Assembly: GCA_000708835.1 (NCBI GenBank)
Contig: DF237074.1
Span: forward strand, 119,849 to 183,848
From: Klebsormidium nitens
Taxonomy: Eukaryota; Plantae; Klebsormidiophyceae
Direction: 5' to 3'
Length of the DNA: 64,000 nt
A model generated the notes under the pieces. It was not told where the DNA came from, did no database searches, and worked only from the letters and a program-made list of their open reading frames with translations. Both the position numbers and the translations under genes were made by a program. Shown piece after piece: positions 60,501 to 64,000 of this stretch; the first letter of the stretch is position 1, and each line of letters starts with the position of its first letter.

Positions 60501-62775
60501 ACCTGGACCACGGGGCGAAGGAGGATGACGTCATGGCTGCGTTGCAACTGGTGAGGCGCGCCGGCCCAGATTTCGAAGGTCGGGGCTTTGGGAAGCTAGT
60601 GTTGGAGGTTCTGCCGAATCTCGAAGGTGCTGGCGAGTCAAGGCGTTGAGTTTAGCATTTGATGTGATGAGGTTCTGTAGTTCCGAACCAGGTAGTTCAA
60701 AGAAGGAGCTATGAGGGTTCTGCTGGTTCTGACACTTTGAAATCCCCCCGGTATATTGCGTGAGAGTATGATTGACACGAGCGCCGACAAGGCGCGTGCA
60801 CAAAGTTCTGGTGGGCCATCGGCGCTGCTCGAATCCTGAAAACGCGCGACCTTGAAAAAGTTTGGGCACCTTTGTTACTTCCCTTTCTGACCTTTTCAGG
60901 TAAGAAACGACCTCTGGCGGAAAGTCTTGCACATACACCCATCATCGCTTTTCAGTCACCAAGCTTCTGAGCTTGCCTTCTCCAGGGCTTCGACTCAGTT
61001 ATGGTTGACGGGTCGCACCTGCCGTACGACGAGAACGTGGCCTACACGCGGCGCGTGGCGCGAGCGGCGCACGCGCGCGGCATGGCGGTCGAGGCGGAGC
61101 TGGGCCGGCTATCGGGCACGGAGGACGGGCTTACCGTGCAAGAGTACGAGGCCAAGCTCACGGACGTCCAACAGGTGCGTAAGCGTCCGAACATTTTCGT
61201 CTTTCGACCATTGAGAATTGAACGATTCTCAGGGTGGGAAAGTAGGTTGGCAGTGGCGGAGTACGAGGCCAAGCTCACGGACGTCCGACAGGTTTGCGTC
61301 CGAACATTCTCGCCCTTCGACCAACCAGGCTGTAATCTTCGTGAGGGCGAGGGTTGGAAACCAGGGACGGCAGTAGGTTCATCGGGCAAGAGTCCGAGGC
61401 CAAGCTCACGGACGTCCAACAGGTGCGTCAGCGTCCGGTTTCCATGATTCCTTGTTGTGTCGAACTTTAACATCCGTAAAAGCGGCTGTGAGCACTGGGA
61501 AAAGGTCCAGAGGCTAAGCTAACGGACGTCGGACAGGTGCGTCAGCGTCCGAAAGCCGAACCTACAGGATTCTACATCTTCGGATAGTCACAAGGGTAGC
61601 TGTTAAGCACCAGCTCTTAGGTTGCTCGTGTTAACTGCGGGGCAGGCGACAGTTTGTTGGGCTCTGCTCTCAGTTTCAAAACACCGGCACTGGGCCGTCA
61701 TCAAGCGTGTTGGGGGCAATTTGTAGTCCTTGCGAATGCTAGTTCCTGGATCGTTCATCAGCTGTTTGCCCGGCCCCTCTGCTCCATCCAACGTCAAGTT
61801 ACTGACGTGAGTAACTCAACGGCTGACGTCATTCCAGGCACGTGACTTCCTGGCAGCGACGAAGATCGACGCGCTCGCGGTGTGCATCGGTAACGTGCAC
61901 GGCAAGTACCCGGCGTCCGGGCCCAAGATCGATTTGGACAGGCTCCAGGTGGGGGCTCGGTCCGAGATGTCCGAACTTGAGTGACCTCGCAAACGTGCCG
62001 AAGTGTGTCACTCGCTTCGGAGGTTGAACATTCTCTTGTCGTTGTTTCGACAAATGGATTTGATCACAATCCTACTATGCCAGACCAGGTTGCACGTACC
62101 TCTCCGGCAAAACAGCCGGCGTCTTCCCATCGACTGACGTGGCAAACCCGTGTGCTGCCAGCCGTTCCGCTATGCTGACCCAGTTCGAGATTTAGAAAGA
62201 GTCTGAAACAAGTTTTGCTGTCCTTTTAGGCACTGCGAGAAGCAGCGGGCTCGACGACCCTGGTTCTCCATGGAGCGTCGGGACTGCCGGAAGACCTGGT
62301 CAAGGTAGGGCAGCCCTCGATCTTATATTTTCCGGCGCTCTGAGCAGAATAAAAGCGAGATCGAAAATTTATTGTTTTGTCAGTACCTTTGCTGCGGGTA
62401 CTTTTGCAAATTCTTCGGCAGTAGCCCGCCAGTGAACGACGTCCCGTCCTTACACCGCATGTTCACTACGCTCAGGCATGCAAGTCCTTTCGCATCTTAG
62501 GGATTATCAAAACGGGTTACCACACAACACCGTGTGACTCAATGACATACCGGTAAACATGCTCCTCACGCTTTTTGCAGGCGTGCATCCGTGCGGGTGT
62601 GACCAAGTTCAACGTCAACACGGAGGTGCGCGCCGCGTACTTAGAAAGCCTGCGGCAGCAGTCGGGGGCGCGGGATTTGGTGGACGTCATGAGAGCCGCG
62701 GGAGAGGCCATGCAAGCGGTGGTTGCGGAAAAGATGCGGATGTTTGGCTCCGTCGGAAAGACGCCATTTAGCTAA
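45545..62775 (+). CDS. Multidomain fusion: two NAD(P)-dependent 3-hydroxyacid dehydrogenases (LtnD/YgbJ-like) + DUF1537 four-carbon acid-sugar kinase + class II ketose-bisphosphate aldolase; about 30 exons
   Basis: Module 1 from MAAPGSNGDVAFIGLGAMGSGMA; module 2 VGFIGLGAMGGGMA; both have VKMVNQLLAGVHIAAAAEA and SALDIFVKDLGIV. Kinase: VVLDDDPTGTQTVH, VLRGDSTLRGHFP, GGITSSDLA, PYIVFPGNVGG. Aldolase: YAVGAFNVYNLE, TVHLDHG, MVDGSHL, VEAELGRLSGTEDG, IGNVHGKY, LVLHGASG, KFNVNTE. Same architecture as the land-plant 'ketose-bisphosphate aldolase class II family protein'. Confidence 0.93.
61142..61550 (+). repeat. Four degenerate tandem copies of an exon 3' end plus splice donor (periods 117, 131, 114 bp)
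   Basis: GAGGCCAAGCTCACGGACGTCCAACAG|GT ends at 61174 (real donor) and recurs ending at 61291, 61422 and 61536. Confidence 0.92.
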
Positions 62776-63581
62776 TCAGCAGCTACGTGGAATTGCATCA
62801 GTGGTTTTTACCCCTGACGTGCTGAATCCTCTCCAGGTCACATTGGGGCACGCGCGATGAAGTTGGAGCACTTGATTATGGCGACAACCCAGTCGTCCGG
62901 CCATCACATCTGTAGAGCGAGTTGAGTGAGTATAGCTCGTGAGGTGCTGAAATCCAAACGAGTTGCACACTAGAAGGTTGACCTCGTTCTGAGGCAATGT
63001 ACGCGCATGATGTCTTGGCCCATGCTCGTTCAAACTGCGGCTCGTGTTCAAGACCGAGTTCATATATCGCGAATTCAATGCAGGCCTTCACGATGAAGAT
63101 ATGCATGACAAACTTGCTACCATTGCTTAGATTGGAGATTGGATAAGGAACACGATTTGCGTATATGCATGAAAAGATTTCAGTTTCAATGTCCACGAAT
63201 AGTCAAGGGGTGCTACGACAGTGAGCTGCATGAAATGATCGAACGGCTCAGCTCAGCGATCGCGTGCAATATCCCAAAAATACATCCTGTCGCATAGCGG
63301 CAGCCACCTCCAACCGTCTCCATGTTTTAGGAAGCTCTGCAACTGAAGCGTTCTATATATCTCATCCGATCCACAAGACCGGGATCCTCGTACATATCCC
63401 TCCAATACTCAGATCAGAGCGGTCATGAAATCCGTGTTCACGATGCCCATGCCGAGTCTCCTGCAAGCATCTCTGTCGACCACCGTAGAAAATGCAGCCT
63501 GAAGTCATGCGTCCTCATGCTACGTACCTTGTACGGATTGGTACCGTACTTGGTGTCAGCTACGGTACCCTTGGGTCGTAC

Positions 63582-63900
63582 GCCGTAGGCGTATGTATGT
63601 ACATACATACGGACTATGGCGTATACCTATTTGAAAAGCCCCTCAGCGTATGATTTTCTACCGGCGTATATAGAGAGGGCTTTAGCCTCACATTTTCTCG
63701 GATTTTGAGGGATTTCCGCACTTTTGGAAGTTTAATACTGTAATTTGTACGTATTTTGGCGTATGTTTCTACGTATGTATCTATATGTATCTATTTTTCT
63801 ACCTACGTATTTCCGAGAAAATACAGGCCATATACGGATACATACGCATACTGCCTAGAATCATAGGGAATACGCTAACATACATAACATACGCTACGGC
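63582..63900. mobile_element. Foldback/MITE-like element built from CGTAT/ATACG motifs
   Basis: Left arm 63582-63702 and right arm 63812-63900 share ordered inverted blocks (GCCGTAG(G)CGTATGT, GCGTATxCCTAT, ATGATT(T)CTA, CGTATAT, ATTTTCTCGGA). Contains the perfect 22-bp palindrome CGTATGTATGTACATACATACG at 63590-63611. Confidence 0.6.
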
Positions 63901-64000
63901 TAGGTCCTACGGCATACAATCGATCGAATATGGATCGGGTATGTACTATGGACCCAATTCCCTAATGTCAGCAGATTCGATGAACGGGGCGAAAATTCGG

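Noticed and set aside
61142-61550. CRISPR-like appearance of the four repeats with spacers
   Set aside because: Eukaryotic intron, repeats derive from the adjacent exon end, spacers are mutually similar, and there are no cas genes.

Overview
Intron-rich, GC-rich eukaryotic nuclear DNA with plant-type genes. It most likely comes from a streptophyte green alga such as Klebsormidium (inference from gene content, GC-rich codons and intron style). Nine protein-coding genes can be reconstructed by hand: TAF5 (-, runs off the left edge), intronless histone H2A.X (+), proteasome subunit RPN2 (-), a HOS1/ELYS homologue (+), an SBF-like/BASS-family symporter (+), an atypical bZIP-like protein (-), a divergent SnRK2-type kinase (+), a CCX cation/Ca2+ exchanger (-), and a ~17 kb multidomain gene (2x NAD-dependent dehydrogenase + four-carbon acid-sugar kinase + class II aldolase, +). 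Eight of the nine genes sit in four head-to-head pairs. There is one assembly gap (28863-29139). No rRNA, tRNA, CRISPR array or transposase ORF was seen. Most interesting points: (1) a metazoan/chlorophyte-style histone 3' stem-loop behind H2A.X; (2) HOS1 lacks its RING finger and carries three U12-type introns plus a GC-AG intron; (3) degenerate local 'echo' copies of exon ends, often with their splice sites, at ten sites in five genes; (4) a Mutator-like MITE with a telomeric G-quadruplex core in a bidirectional promoter; (5) a head-to-head SnRK2-like kinase/bZIP pair; (6) strong enrichment of TGACGTCA, and CATG islands downstream of gene 3' ends. All exon boundaries were inferred by eye from homology, frame and splice motifs, and no database search was run.
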